A stretch of DNA of 64,000 nucleotides from Clostridiales bacterium (GTDB lineage: Bacteria; Bacillota; Clostridia; Lachnospirales; Lachnospiraceae): NCBI GenBank assembly GCA_012839295.1, contig DUNO01000019.1, positions 52,682-116,681 of the forward strand, in the 5' to 3' direction. Both the position numbers and the translations under genes were made by a program. This document shows, one piece after another, positions 48,317 to 58,006 of the stretch (its first letter is position 1; every line of letters starts with the position of its first letter). The notes under the pieces are model-generated. The model did not search any database. It saw only the letters and a program-made list of their open reading frames with translations, and was not told the DNA's origin.

Positions 48317-49372
48317 CTAATCTGCGCGGGGAAACCAGTTCCTGGTATTGTTCGCAAGCTTAACGAGTATCAGCATAACAGGTACTTCGGTGAGGACTCC
48401 CACGATGGTAGACAATGCTACCGGCGATTGTGCGCCGAACAGGGCGATGGCAACCGCAACGGCAAGTTCAAAGAAGTTTGACGCGCCGATCATTCCGGCT
48501 GGGGCGGCGATATTGTGCGGCAATTTCAGGATCCTGCTTGCTAAATATGCGATGAAAAAAATAAGGAATGTCTGGATAATCAGCGGCACGGCAATCAAGA
48601 CGATATGCAGCGGGTTTTCCAGAATAACATTACCCTGGAAGGAGAAAATGATAACCAGCGTCAGAAGCAGTCCGACAACGGTGATGTTGTTCCATTTTGG
48701 CAGGAAGGTGTTATTGAAATAGTCCTCTCCCTTTCGCCTGATTAACTGTGCCCGCGTAATGATACCCGCCGCAAGAGGTATGACGACGAACAGCACTACA
48801 GATAAGAGAAGTGTATCCCACGGTATGGAAACACCGCCTATGCCGAGCAGGAATGCGACAATCGGAGTAAAGGCCACGAGGATAATTAAATCGTTGGTAG
48901 CAACCTGTACCACCGTGTAAGCGGGGTCTCCTTTTGTTAAGTGGCTCCACACGAATACCATTGCCGTACAGGGGGCGGCTCCAAGCAAGATGGCGCCAGC
49001 CAAATAATCTTTTGCCAGGTCCGCAGGGATTAGGGACTTAAATACCACAAAGAAAAACAGGCCTGCAATGGCGGACATCGTAAAAGGCTTAACCAGCCAA
49101 TTTGTTACCCACGTTACAAACAATCCTTTCGGATTCTTTCCCACATTTTTTATGCTCTTGAAATCCACCTTCAGCATCATGGGGAAAATCATAAGCCAAA
49201 TTAAAATAGCAATGGGGATAGATACCTGGGCGTATTCAAAACGCCCTAAAAAGGTGGGGATAACAGGTAAAAACTTGCCAATCAGAATACCCGCCGCCAT
49301 ACAGAGCAGCACCCACACCGTTAAATACTTTTCAAAAAATCCAATCCCTTGATTTTGCTTATTGGTTTCCAC
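48317..49372 (-). CDS. acr3: Acr3-family arsenite efflux permease
   Basis: GTG start after AAGGAG; FFEKYLTVWV; LIWLMIFPMMLK; NWLVKPF; GAAPCTAMVFVW; SNFFELAVAVAI; EVPVML. Confidence 0.93.
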   Translation of the reverse strand: METNKQNQGIGFFEKYLTVWVLLCMAAGILIGKFLPVIPTFLGRFEYAQVSIPIAILIWLMIFPMMLKVDFKSIKNVGKNPKGLFVTWVTNWLVKPFTMSAIAGLFFFVVFKSLIPADLAKDYLAGAILLGAAPCTAMVFVWSHLTKGDPAYTVVQVATNDLIILVAFTPIVAFLLGIGGVSIPWDTLLLSVVLFVVIPLAAGIITRAQLIRRKGEDYFNNTFLPKWNNITVVGLLLTLVIIFSFQGNVILENPLHIVLIAVPLIIQTFLIFFIAYLASRILKLPHNIAAPAGMIGASNFFELAVAVAIALFGAQSPVALSTIVGVLTEVPVMLILVKLANNTRNWFPRAD

Positions 49373-49685
49373 AATTACACACTCCTTCTTTGCAAATGCA
49401 ATCTTCTTTGTCAATAGTGATAGCGCATAAGAAGTTTTTGAAATCCTGCACCTTTTCGCTGTTCAGCGAGTAGTACATCCACTTGCCCTCTTTGCGCCCG
49501 CACACCAAACCACAATCACAGAGGATTTTCATGTGATGGGATAGGGTGGGCTGGGTAATGTTGAACTTCTCTAAAAGCTTACAGGCACAAAGCTCACCGC
49601 AGGATAGTATATCTACAATCATAAGCCTGTTTGTATCTGAAAGTGCTTTGAATAACCCGACGTTTTCAGTGTATTTGTCATTCAT
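49359..49685 (-). CDS. arsR: ArsR-family repressor
   Basis: FKALSDTNRLMI; GELCACKL; ITQPTLSHHMKIL; RKEGKWMYY; C-terminal Cys residues. Confidence 0.92.
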   Translation of the reverse strand: MNDKYTENVGLFKALSDTNRLMIVDILSCGELCACKLLEKFNITQPTLSHHMKILCDCGLVCGRKEGKWMYYSLNSEKVQDFKNFLCAITIDKEDCICKEGVCNCGNQ

Positions 49686-49699
49686 CTTTGAATCACCTC

Positions 49700-49719
49700 A
49701 CATAGATATTTATCTATGT
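49700..49719. promoter_or_regulatory. Probable ArsR operator
   Basis: Perfect inverted repeat ACATAGATA-TT-TATCTATGT just upstream of arsR. Confidence 0.6.
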
Positions 49720-49778
49720 ATTATTATATGCCATATATAGATAGATGTCAATATGTTGTGAAATTTATGCAGGGCAGC

Positions 49779-49834
49779 TTTCAGACATGCCCTAGTATTT
49801 GATTGGGTTTCAGACATGCCCTTGTATTTGATTG
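49779..49834 (+). repeat. Two tandem copies of a 27-bp sequence (29-bp period)
   Basis: TTTCAGACATGCCCTAGTATTTGATTG and TTTCAGACATGCCCTTGTATTTGATTG. Confidence 0.8.
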
Positions 49835-49911
49835 TTGTATCCTTGGAGGAATTCAGTTATAATAAAGGGAGAGAGAAATTTTGCCATCATACGCATAATG
49901 GAGGGGTTATA

Positions 49912-50268
49912 ATGGATGAGAGAAGACGGGCGAAAAGAATGCCGATTACTTTGTCGCTGGAAATTCTGAATTTGTATAAGCAGGATAATGTTCAGGTGAG
50001 TAATCTGCATGCACCGATTGAAATTGTGAATATTTCGAAATCGGGAATTGGGTTTGTGTCGGAAAGTGTCCTTCCGGTCGGGTATTATTTTAATGCTAAT
50101 TTAAATCTTGGGAACAGCGAGGATACCCTGCATTGCGTAGTTAAGATTGTCCGCAGCCAGGTTATGGAGGATAAGAGGACCTTGTATGGCTGTGAGTTTG
50201 TAGGGATGGCGGATATATTATCCTTTGTATTTGATAATTATGATGAGACGATTAAGGATGAACAATAA
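49912..50268 (+). CDS. Stand-alone PilZ-domain (c-di-GMP-binding) protein
   Basis: ERRRAKR (RxxxR) and NISKSG (D/NxSxxG) motifs; YGCEF. Confidence 0.85.
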   Translation: MDERRRAKRMPITLSLEILNLYKQDNVQVSNLHAPIEIVNISKSGIGFVSESVLPVGYYFNANLNLGNSEDTLHCVVKIVRSQVMEDKRTLYGCEFVGMADILSFVFDNYDETIKDEQ

Positions 50269-50281
50269 TGTATAATTCATG

Positions 50282-50314
50282 ACAGGTGGATCAGGGGGCT
50301 GGTTCACCTGTTTT
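50282..50314 (+). terminator. Terminator after the PilZ gene
   Basis: ACAGGTGGATC / GGTTCACCTGT stem followed by TTT. Confidence 0.55.
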
Positions 50315-50492
50315 ATATGGTTTCGGAAGAAGTGTGGTCTTTGAAAGGATCACACTTTTTTGTGCTTTCCAGCTGTAGTTTATTGGGAGAATGTCACAAA
50401 GATTTCATAGAGTAATCACAATTCACACACAGAATTTACACAAAGTCTATTTAGTATTATTTGGTAAGGATATTTAGAAAAGGAGACGAGAT

Positions 50493-52364
50493 ATGCAAAA
50501 AAAGATAGCTTATTTGCTATGTATGGCGTTACTGGCTGCCATAGGATTGGCTCCGGCGGCAGAAGCTAAGGCTTCAGCGGCGGGCCGCGCATCAGAAGTA
50601 ATTAAGGCAATCGGTGTTATGGAAACCGACCAGGGCAGCACTTCATCAGGGACTGACATAGTGACCCGGTCCATGTTTGCCCAAATGTTAATTAATTTAT
50701 CAACCTTGAAGGATAATGCTTCCAGTGAAAGCAATGTGACCTTGTTTAAGGATGTTAAAAAGACCTATTGGGCATCCGGCTATATCCAGACGGCGGTGGC
50801 CCAGGGCTGGATGAGCGGATATCTGGACGGAACCTTCAAGCCCACCCAGGGCATTAAGCTCCAGGAGGCGGTATATGGGGTTTTAAAGCTGTTGGGGTAT
50901 GCTGACAGTGATTTTAGCGGCAGCAAGATCAGCGCTATCATGAAGCTATACGGGGCAAAGGGGCTGGATACGAATATCAGTAAGGGAACAGCGGATGTCC
51001 TGACAGTGGAGGATTGCGTTAATTTATTCTATAATACCTTAAATGCAACGAATAAGACAGGTACCGTATACGCTTCCGTATTAGGATATACCTTGGAGGC
51101 CAACGGGGGCATCAGCTACCTGTCCCTGATTAATAAAGGGATAAAGGGGCCTGTTATCGCTACCGGCGCCTGGTCTTCCCAGATACCTTTTACTGTATCG
51201 ACGGCTAATATTTATAAAGATGGGGTGGCTTGCTCCTATTCTAACATTGATTCCTATGACGTGATCTATTATTCGCCCAGCTTCAGGACAATCTGGGTAT
51301 ATGATGACAGGGTGACAGGTTCCATTTCCTCCATAAATCCTAATTATACCTCTCCGACCTCGGTTACCCTGGGCGGTACGGAATATACCTTTGCGGATAC
51401 GGAGGTAGCCTTAAGGTTCTCGGCAATGGGAGATGTGAAGAAGGGGGATGTTGTAACCCTGCTGCTTGGACAGGACGGAACCGTAGTTGGTGTATTATCC
51501 ATTGATGAATACAATGTTACGGTGGTTGGTTGTGTCCTTGACACCGGAACCCATCTTATTGAGGATGAAAATGGCGATTACAAGAATACGGATTATGTAA
51601 CCTTTGTGGATGCTTCGGGTAACGAATACACCCAGGATTATAATCCCGATCTTATGTATCTGGCACAGGGAAGCCTGGTGCAGATGAAATTTGTGGATGG
51701 TTTGGCCAGCATAAGCAGTTATATTATGTCAACGCCGGCCTTTTCAAACTTTATCTTCAGCAGTGACGGACTTTCCCTAGGAAACAGGGCATTGGCATCA
51801 GACGTTAGGATTTTGGATTTAAAAAATGGCACCCATATCAGTGTGGGACCTGAGCGTCTGGCAGGCTCCGCAATCAGCCCCTCCTCCATCCTGTATTATT
51901 CCTTAAATAGCGGCGGGCAGATATCGGAGTTGATATTGAAGGATGTGACCGGAGACCTTGATTCCTACGGTATTTACACAGGTATTACATATTCCAGTTC
52001 CGGTACAATGGGCTACAAGTATATTATAGACGGCAAATCACAAACCTTGGACACGGATTCCTTAAGCTACTTGAACCTGACAGAGGGGCCGACGGGCTTT
52101 GTTATTTACGACGGCATTGTCTCATCAAGCTATGCCTTGACTGGGGTCCAGGTGTCCTCCATCGGTACAAATACAGTTCTTTCCGGCAGCACAAAGTATA
52201 CCTTGGCGGATAATTATAGCGTTTATCTATATTTGGACGGAGAATATATTGCCACAACATTTGATAAGGTTAAAAATCTTTCAAAGTATACGGTAATGGC
52301 GTATTATGACAAGACAATCGCAACTGGCGGAAGAGTGCGGGTAATCATTGCGGGCAGTAAATAG
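50493..52364 (+). CDS. Secreted S-layer-homology (SLH) domain protein
   Basis: Signal peptide; VTRSMFAQML; FKDVKKTYWASGYIQTAVAQGWMSGYLDGTFKP; beta-rich Tyr/Ser/Thr C-terminal region. Confidence 0.85.
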   Translation: MQKKIAYLLCMALLAAIGLAPAAEAKASAAGRASEVIKAIGVMETDQGSTSSGTDIVTRSMFAQMLINLSTLKDNASSESNVTLFKDVKKTYWASGYIQTAVAQGWMSGYLDGTFKPTQGIKLQEAVYGVLKLLGYADSDFSGSKISAIMKLYGAKGLDTNISKGTADVLTVEDCVNLFYNTLNATNKTGTVYASVLGYTLEANGGISYLSLINKGIKGPVIATGAWSSQIPFTVSTANIYKDGVACSYSNIDSYDVIYYSPSFRTIWVYDDRVTGSISSINPNYTSPTSVTLGGTEYTFADTEVALRFSAMGDVKKGDVVTLLLGQDGTVVGVLSIDEYNVTVVGCVLDTGTHLIEDENGDYKNTDYVTFVDASGNEYTQDYNPDLMYLAQGSLVQMKFVDGLASISSYIMSTPAFSNFIFSSDGLSLGNRALASDVRILDLKNGTHISVGPERLAGSAISPSSILYYSLNSGGQISELILKDVTGDLDSYGIYTGITYSSSGTMGYKYIIDGKSQTLDTDSLSYLNLTEGPTGFVIYDGIVSSSYALTGVQVSSIGTNTVLSGSTKYTLADNYSVYLYLDGEYIATTFDKVKNLSKYTVMAYYDKTIATGGRVRVIIAGSK

Positions 52365-52424
52365 ATATGAGATACCCTGACTTATTGCGGGTTCGAGTGG
52401 CAATGGACTAGGGTTAGGTTGTGA

Positions 52425-52547
52425 GGTGAATCTGAGTGTAGCTATATCCATCTGGGCGCAGACCGGGCCTCCCATGCTTGCCTGCACTTGGCAAGCATGG
52501 GAGGTTAAAGGCAAGCCCAGGTGGATATAGCTACACTCAGATTCACC
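52425..52547. repeat. 123-bp nested inverted repeat, unrelated in sequence to the 47.6/56.5-kb element
   Basis: 33-bp outer arms GGTGAATCTGAGTGTAGCTATATCCATCTGGGC / GCCCAGGTGGATATAGCTACACTCAGATTCACC (one G-T); 15-bp inner arms CCTCCCATGCTTGCC / GGCAAGCATGGGAGG. Confidence 0.85.
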
Positions 52548-52746
52548 GCGTTAGTATTATGGAAGAAGCCGCTTATCGGTAGGATGCTTTTGTATACCGT
52601 GATGGAGTGGAATATTAGCATTATGAAGAGACCCTTTTGTTGGGTAAATCTTATATGGGTAATTGCGGAATGGTGTAGATAGCGAGAATAGCAGCAGTTT
52701 ATGGGTCTCGCAGTTACCTGCCTAATTTATTATGATGGAGGTAGGA

Positions 52747-54555
52747 ATGAAGAAGTATTCCAAGGTGTTGAGAAGGTTGATTAAGGTGGGAATCATACTT
52801 GCCATATTGGTTGTCGCCGGTGTGATTGGCTTTAAGGTATGGGTAGTCCCCAGGTTGTCAGTGAAAGCCGGTAGTGAGGCGGTTGTTACTACGGCAAATG
52901 CGGAGATTAGGGATATAAAGAATGTACTGTCTTCTTCAGGTACAATACAGCCGTTGGCCAGCTATGATGTAACAACCCTGGTATCGGGAGAAATTATTGC
53001 AGCAGATTTTGAAGAAGGGGATATTGTGCAGGAAGGCCAGGTATTGTACCAGATTGCAACGGATAACCTGGATTCTGATATTGGGAATGCTGAGACAACC
53101 GTAAGCAGGGCAAAAAAAGAGTATACGAAGGCGGAAAAGAGCTATCAGGAGGCGCTGGATAAATATGGAGAAGCGCAGGAGGACTATAAGAAGGCTGTAG
53201 CAGAATACAGTGATGTCAATGTCCTTTCTACGGATACCGGCATAGTTACCAAGGTTTATGTGAAGGCTGGGGACACAATTCAGGCGGGCAGCCAGCTTGC
53301 TGATGTGTATGATAATAGCATCATGGTGCTGACCGTACCCTTCAGTTCGTCCGAGGTAAACTCTTCCCTGGTCGGGAGGACGGCTGAAGTGACAATTGAT
53401 GAAGCCTTTGAGTCCATAAAAGGAAAGGTGACAAAGGTCAGCAATATAGAAAAATCATTATCGGGCAACCGTGTTGTGAAGGAGGTAACGATTGAGGTTG
53501 CGAACCCGGGAGGGATTACGGATTCGACAACGGCCAGCGCAAGCATCGGAAGTATTTACAGTATGGACGCCGGCAGCTTTGCGGTAAAGACAAATACGAC
53601 GATTACCTCGGATTTGTCCGGTGAAATCGCATTCCTGAATATTGAGGAGGGCGATAGTATCAGTGAAGGTGATGTGGTTCTTGTAATCAGCAAGGATTCC
53701 GTGGAGGATAAATTAAAATCTTATCTGGATGCCATGGATTCTGCCCAGGATGGGATTGATAATGCGAAGGATTCCTTAGAGAGCAGGCAGGAAGCTATTG
53801 AGGATGCAGAGTCTTCCCTTCAGGATATCATTGATACCAGGACGGATTATAGTATAACATCCCCGGTTACCGGTAAGGTGATTAAAAAGAACGCGCTGAA
53901 GGGGGATACGGTCAGCAGCAATAATGGCGGCAGCTCCTCCTTATGCACGATTTATGACCTGTCCTGTGTAACCTTTGATATGTATGTGGATGAGCTGGAT
54001 GTCATGAAGGTGGAGGAAGGCCAGGAGGTAAATATCACGGCAGATGCCTTAGAGGGTGCTGAGATCAGCGGGATTGTGACAAATATAAGTCTGGAAAGTA
54101 CCACAAGCCAGGGGGTAACACAGTATCCGGTCACCGTGAGGATTGATGATGTAGGGAACCTGTTGCCGGGCATGAATGTGACCGGTGAGATTGTGATAGA
54201 AAAGGCGGAGGGCGTGCTGGCGGTTCCCAGTGATGCATTACAGCGGGGAGACATGGTATACGTAAAGGACAGCTCCGTAACGGAAGCACAGGGAGATATT
54301 CCTGCCGGCTTTAAGGCAGTCCAGGTTACAACAGGTATTACCGATGGTGATTATATTGAGGTTCAGGGCGGCTTATCGGAAGGTGATGAGGTCTATGTTA
54401 AGAGGACGGCGGCAAGCACGAATCCTAATATGATGCAGTTTGATATAATAGGCGGAAGACCTTCCGGAGGTGGTGGAATGCCTTCTGGAGGTAGTGGACG
54501 GTCCGGCTCTGGAAGCGGCGGAAGGCAAACTGGAGGCGGGTTCCCAGCAAACTAG
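52747..54555 (+). CDS. HlyD/MacA(YknX)-like membrane-fusion adaptor protein
   Basis: One N-terminal TM helix; lipoyl-like motifs (GDIVQEGQVL, ITSPVTGKV); coiled coil; VDELDV..VEEGQEV; LLPGMNV; Gly-rich tail. Confidence 0.85.
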   Translation: MKKYSKVLRRLIKVGIILAILVVAGVIGFKVWVVPRLSVKAGSEAVVTTANAEIRDIKNVLSSSGTIQPLASYDVTTLVSGEIIAADFEEGDIVQEGQVLYQIATDNLDSDIGNAETTVSRAKKEYTKAEKSYQEALDKYGEAQEDYKKAVAEYSDVNVLSTDTGIVTKVYVKAGDTIQAGSQLADVYDNSIMVLTVPFSSSEVNSSLVGRTAEVTIDEAFESIKGKVTKVSNIEKSLSGNRVVKEVTIEVANPGGITDSTTASASIGSIYSMDAGSFAVKTNTTITSDLSGEIAFLNIEEGDSISEGDVVLVISKDSVEDKLKSYLDAMDSAQDGIDNAKDSLESRQEAIEDAESSLQDIIDTRTDYSITSPVTGKVIKKNALKGDTVSSNNGGSSSLCTIYDLSCVTFDMYVDELDVMKVEEGQEVNITADALEGAEISGIVTNISLESTTSQGVTQYPVTVRIDDVGNLLPGMNVTGEIVIEKAEGVLAVPSDALQRGDMVYVKDSSVTEAQGDIPAGFKAVQVTTGITDGDYIEVQGGLSEGDEVYVKRTAASTNPNMMQFDIIGGRPSGGGGMPSGGSGRSGSGSGGRQTGGGFPAN

Positions 54556-54567
54556 GAGGAGTAGGCT

Positions 54568-55317
54568 ATGAATTTGAAGAGAAGAAACCAGGTTGAAAGG
54601 GAATATACCGGCCCCCTGATCCAGCTGAAGGACATTCATAAGGTTTATTATATGGGAAGCTCCGAGATCTATGCTAATCACGGGATTAACCTGGAGATCA
54701 ACCAGGGGGAGTTTGTCGCCATCATAGGAAAGTCCGGCAGCGGCAAATCTACTATTATGAATATCATAGGAGCCCTCGATGTTCCAACCTCAGGCCAATA
54801 TATCCTTAAGGGGAAGGACGTCAGTAAAATGAATGATAATGAGCTGGCAGTCATCAGGAATAAGATGATCGGATTCATTTTCCAGCAGTATAACCTGCTC
54901 CCTAAGGAACGTCTGATTAATAATGTTGCCCTGCCCCTGCTTTATTCCGGAATGGGGAAGGAGGAGCGCCATAAAAGGGCGATGGAGGCTTTGGAAAAGG
55001 TGGATATTGCGGATAAATACAGAAATTTCCCAAACCAGCTGTCGGGCGGGCAGCAGCAAAGAGGCGCTGTTGCCAGGGCCTTGGTCACCAATCCGTCCCT
55101 GATCCTGGCAGATGAGCCGACAGGGGCATTGGACTCGAAAACGAGTGTGGAGCTTTTAAAATTTTTAAAGCAGCTGAATGAAGAAGGGAATACGATTGTG
55201 CTGATTACCCATGACCGTTCGGTGGCGGAAGAGGCGAACAGGATCGTAAGCCTGCAGGATGGCAGGATAATCTTTGATGGAACTGTTGATGAATATAGGA
55301 AGCAGGTAGCGGGATGA
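54568..55317 (+). CDS. MacB/YknY-like ABC transporter ATP-binding protein
   Basis: GKSGSGKST; IGFIFQQYNLL; LSGGQQQR; ILADEPTGALDS; ITHD. Confidence 0.93.
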   Translation: MNLKRRNQVEREYTGPLIQLKDIHKVYYMGSSEIYANHGINLEINQGEFVAIIGKSGSGKSTIMNIIGALDVPTSGQYILKGKDVSKMNDNELAVIRNKMIGFIFQQYNLLPKERLINNVALPLLYSGMGKEERHKRAMEALEKVDIADKYRNFPNQLSGGQQQRGAVARALVTNPSLILADEPTGALDSKTSVELLKFLKQLNEEGNTIVLITHDRSVAEEANRIVSLQDGRIIFDGTVDEYRKQVAG

Positions 55318-56486
55318 AATTAGGTCAGGCATTTAAATTAGCCTGGCAGTGTATCTTAGGAAGCAAAATGCGTTCCTTCCTTACAATGCTGGGCATGATC
55401 ATTGGCGTCGGTTCAGTAATAACCCTGCTTGGCTTAATGCAGGGGGTTACGAACTATTTGATTGATACTTTTTCCGAAATGGGAACAAATAATATCTCTG
55501 TAACGGTAAAAAATACGGATACCCGTGTTGTTGATGTGGATGATGTTTACGAATTTACCAAGGAAAACAGTGCAGTCTTTACAGGGGTTACACCCTCGGT
55601 GGCCTCCAGTTATACTGTTAAAAATGGCAGCAGCTCCCTGTCAACAACAGTGACCGGGGTAGGAGAGGATTATCTGGATTTGAACAGCATCGACCTGGAC
55701 TGGGGACGGTCTGTTTCCTATGCGGACATTAAAAACCGGTATAATGCATGTGTACTTGGAAGCTACCTGGTGGAGGAATTATATGATGGTAAAATCAGCG
55801 CCGGGGATACCATAAGGATTGATGGACAGGTATTTACGGTGGCCGGTGTACTAAAGGAGCAGGATGATTCAACGGAGGGCTCCACGGACGATTGCATCTA
55901 TATTCCCTATTCTGTTGCATGCCGTCTGGCAGGCAGTACGAATATCTCCAGCTATACCTTTGTGGTAAAGGATGCGGATTTGGTGACTGCAGGGGAGACT
56001 CTTTTGGATAATTATCTTTATGATATTATGAAAAGCGAGGATCTTTACAATGTCAGAAGCATGACAGAGCTTTTGAATACAATTAATTCCATGACTACCC
56101 TGATGTCTGCCATTCTTGGCGGAATCGCAGGAATCTCCCTGCTGGTAGCGGGTATTGGTATTATGAATATCATGCTGGTGTCGGTGGTGGAAAGGACGAA
56201 GGAGATTGGTATCCGTAAATCGCTGGGGGCGAAACGGAGGGATATTATGTGGCAGTTTGTTATTGAGGCGGCTTCCATCAGTATGCTGGGCGGTTTTGTC
56301 GGGGTGGTTATTGGATATGTGGCGACTGTTACCCTTGGAAATATGTTTGGGGTTGAGGCGGCTCCTACCACGAATTCGATCCTGCTGGCATTTGGGGTGT
56401 CTGCGGCGATTGGGATTGGGTTTGGGTATGCTCCGGCGAATAAGGCGGCGGGGTTGAATCCGATTGATGCGTTGAGGAGTGAGTAG
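55314..56486 (+). CDS. MacB/FtsX(YknZ)-like ABC transporter permease
   Basis: RSFLTMLGMIIGV; SLLVAGIGIMNIMLVSVVERTKEIGIRKSLGA; PANKAAGLNPIDALR. Confidence 0.93.
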   Translation: MKLGQAFKLAWQCILGSKMRSFLTMLGMIIGVGSVITLLGLMQGVTNYLIDTFSEMGTNNISVTVKNTDTRVVDVDDVYEFTKENSAVFTGVTPSVASSYTVKNGSSSLSTTVTGVGEDYLDLNSIDLDWGRSVSYADIKNRYNACVLGSYLVEELYDGKISAGDTIRIDGQVFTVAGVLKEQDDSTEGSTDDCIYIPYSVACRLAGSTNISSYTFVVKDADLVTAGETLLDNYLYDIMKSEDLYNVRSMTELLNTINSMTTLMSAILGGIAGISLLVAGIGIMNIMLVSVVERTKEIGIRKSLGAKRRDIMWQFVIEAASISMLGGFVGVVIGYVATVTLGNMFGVEAAPTTNSILLAFGVSAAIGIGFGYAPANKAAGLNPIDALRSE

Positions 56487-56514
56487 GGGGGATGGATGAA
56501 TTGTAGATAGTGAG

Positions 56515-56725
56515 GGCTGTTGTATGTAGGTTGTGAAGGGGAAGGAAGGGCTGCTTGCTCACCACACACGCAGGTTGACAGACACATAGCCGGTTTTGTA
56601 TGCCATGATCGGACACAGGGATGTCCGCCCATTGTCATACAAAACCGGCTATGCGTCTGTCAAACAGCGCATTAAGGTGAGCAAGCAGCCCTTCCTTCCC
56701 TTGGTGTAGGTTGTGGACAACAGCC
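56515..56725. repeat. ~211-bp palindromic element, copy 2
   Basis: Same GGCTGTTG...CAACAGCC ends and core CATAGCCGGTTTTGTATG / CATACAAAACCGGCTATG as copy 1; hairpin at 56539-56700. Confidence 0.85.
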
Positions 56726-56854
56726 TGGTTTAGGTCGTGGACGGATTGGCTTTTTGGGAAAGTTTTTCTTCACAAGGCGAATTAGTACTATCTTGCCTTT
56801 ATCCATTTTACGATGTCTGAGAGCGGCGCATCATCGACGTGGGCTCCAGTTGAT

Positions 56855-58006
56855 TCAAATAAGCTCCTGGAATAGTATAATTATCCAAATATAGCTAGCT
56901 ACAAGAGCTACAATTCCGATGGATACGCCGATTTTTACAGGCAACCGGGAATAGTTAAAACCGATATTACCGCCGAAGCGGTCTCCGACGAAGCAGGCGG
57001 GGTCATCGGGGTTATGGTAGAATAAGCCCCATGCCCAATATTTATCGTCACTCATGGCGTTATTGCCTGCAATAGCGTTGTTGTTGGCGGCTGTTATTTC
57101 TGTTGTGTTTACCTTCAGCAATGTGCCGCCTTGCCCCGCCCTTATGGAGATAACGCAGATGGGGATCGTCGGGACGATTATGATTGCCAAAGCTAACCAC
57201 ATTGGGACGGTAAATCCGACAAAAACCGTTTGCAGTCCTATGACGAAGAACATTACGACTAAGGCGACTGTCAATAAACCGATGCCGTGTCCCATAAGGC
57301 GGCGGTATTTTTTGTGTTGCGCAAATGATTTTGCCGGTTCCTCATGGTCGATCTGTAATTTTGCTTTCTCGATGAGGACTCCTGTGAGCCACATGATGGC
57401 GACCATAACGATACTGAAGATGGGCATTAGGAGGACCGTGCCGAGGGATTTCGGCGACCAACCATTTGGCTCCATGTTGAAGTCCCAATGCGTCGGTATC
57501 GGGTCGGGCAGCGCGGGGTATCGTACCAAGGCCACAACGAAGGACACAAATACGATTATGAGCGATATGACGTACCAGAAATGCGGCATAGCGGACAGGT
57601 TCCCGCGGGTAAAGGACGTTTTCGTGTCCGCGTATTTAATTTCAGCAACGTTCCAGCCGAGCTGCGATTTCAATTCCAAGGCTTTGCTGTGGTTTGGTAC
57701 AAATGCAAGAATTTGAATTGCTACCAGAACCAATGGGAAGAACATTATGGCATAAATCGTGTAGTTCGGCGCGGCGATATACTGCCATATTGATGCCGCG
57801 AGAACGATGATTCCGCCGAGGACCGTGAGCGTGATATAGTTCCGTTTCAACGCCTTTGCCTGGGCGGTGTCCTGTGCCTCTGGTGGTACCTTAACACCGA
57901 ACAGGAACGATTTACGCGTCAGCATCGGCACGATCGGCATTAATGCGCCGCATAGTAATAGGACGCAAATGTTGGTGACAAACAGGAAAACATTTAGTTC
58001 AGTCAT
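56855..58006 (-). CDS. DUF1648-domain membrane protein (SdpI/YfhL-like, with DUF5808-like C-terminus)
   Basis: FLFGVKVP; YPALPDPIPTHWDFNMEPNGW; DDKYWAWGLFYHNPDDP..VGDRFG.NIGFN. Confidence 0.82.
   Translation of the reverse strand: MTELNVFLFVTNICVLLLCGALMPIVPMLTRKSFLFGVKVPPEAQDTAQAKALKRNYITLTVLGGIIVLAASIWQYIAAPNYTIYAIMFFPLVLVAIQILAFVPNHSKALELKSQLGWNVAEIKYADTKTSFTRGNLSAMPHFWYVISLIIVFVSFVVALVRYPALPDPIPTHWDFNMEPNGWSPKSLGTVLLMPIFSIVMVAIMWLTGVLIEKAKLQIDHEEPAKSFAQHKKYRRLMGHGIGLLTVALVVMFFVIGLQTVFVGFTVPMWLALAIIIVPTIPICVISIRAGQGGTLLKVNTTEITAANNNAIAGNNAMSDDKYWAWGLFYHNPDDPACFVGDRFGGNIGFNYSRLPVKIGVSIGIVALVASYIWIIILFQELI

Noticed and set aside
52620-52720. Hairpin GGTAATTGCG/CGCAGTTACC upstream of the adaptor gene as a c-di-GMP-I riboswitch
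   Set aside because: It lacks the GAAA tetraloop/receptor and ACGCAAA core of that family.
47584-56725. Integron attC sites for the long hairpins
   Set aside because: GTTAGGT (GTTRRRY) occurs near only some of them, there are no matched RYYYAAC ends, no integrase is present, and integrons are not typical of this group.
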